From assembly GCA_000388065.2 (NCBI GenBank), contig KB932213.1: DNA of 6,758 bases, one strand, 5' to 3'. This document shows, in pieces, positions 6,460 to 6,758 of this stretch. The notes under the pieces were generated by a model, which saw only the letters and a program-made list of their open reading frames with translations, had not been told where the DNA came from and searched no databases. The stretch comes from Fonticula alba ATCC 38817 (Eukaryota > Protista > Nucleariida). Within the stretch, counting starts at the first letter, position 1; each line of letters opens with the position of its first letter. The position numbers were made by a program, and so were the translations under genes.

Positions 6460-6758
6460 CTCAGGGGGGGGGAGGGAGAGAAGGCACCAGGCGGTGAGAG
6501 GAGAGCTCGCTTCCCGGTGAGAGAAGACGGAGCGGGACACGGAGGGGAGGAGAAAGGCGGTGGGGGAAGGGGGACCTTTCACAGGGGGTGTGACTGTGGG
6601 GGTGCATTTCCCCTGAGCGGCAGGGGCGTGGCGGAAAAATCGGCCAGCCGATGTCCGGACTCGGGGAAGCGAGAAGGCCGAGGTACGGCTCCCGCGAGCC
6701 GGGCCCATGGAGAGGGGGCGCATCTCGCCTCCGAGGCCTTGGAGCAGAGAGGCAGGGG

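Noticed and set aside
1-6758. CRISPR array, transposon, tRNA or rRNA
   Set aside because: No repeat-spacer periodicity, terminal inverted repeats, transposase or RT motifs, or structural RNA signatures seen.

Overview
Very GC-rich eukaryotic genomic DNA with spliceosomal introns, microsatellites and a 439-N assembly gap; no prokaryotic features. Most of the window is one minus-strand gene that the ORF track fragments. Spliced model: join(6282..6178, 6089..5973, 5488..4174, 3934..1998) = 3474 nt, 1157 aa, plus a probable 100-nt 5'UTR intron (6459..6360). The protein has three N-terminal zinc fingers (two C2H2, one C2HC), two of which exist only after splicing. These are followed by NLS-like basic motifs, poly-Ala and poly-Gln tracts, and a motif (SIDTLLLAAEML) closely matching the MNT/MXD Sin3-interaction helix. 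It is most likely an uncharacterised zinc-finger transcription regulator. The last intron holds a (CCCATG)n + (CA)n array that is open in both flanking reading frames, and two in-frame acceptors 30 nt apart. Positions ~1-1990 are a microsatellite-rich 3'UTR/intergenic region, possibly with the 5' end of another minus-strand gene. The organism cannot be determined from the window; a GC-rich microbial eukaryote (possibly a Fonticula-like opisthokont) is a guess from style only.
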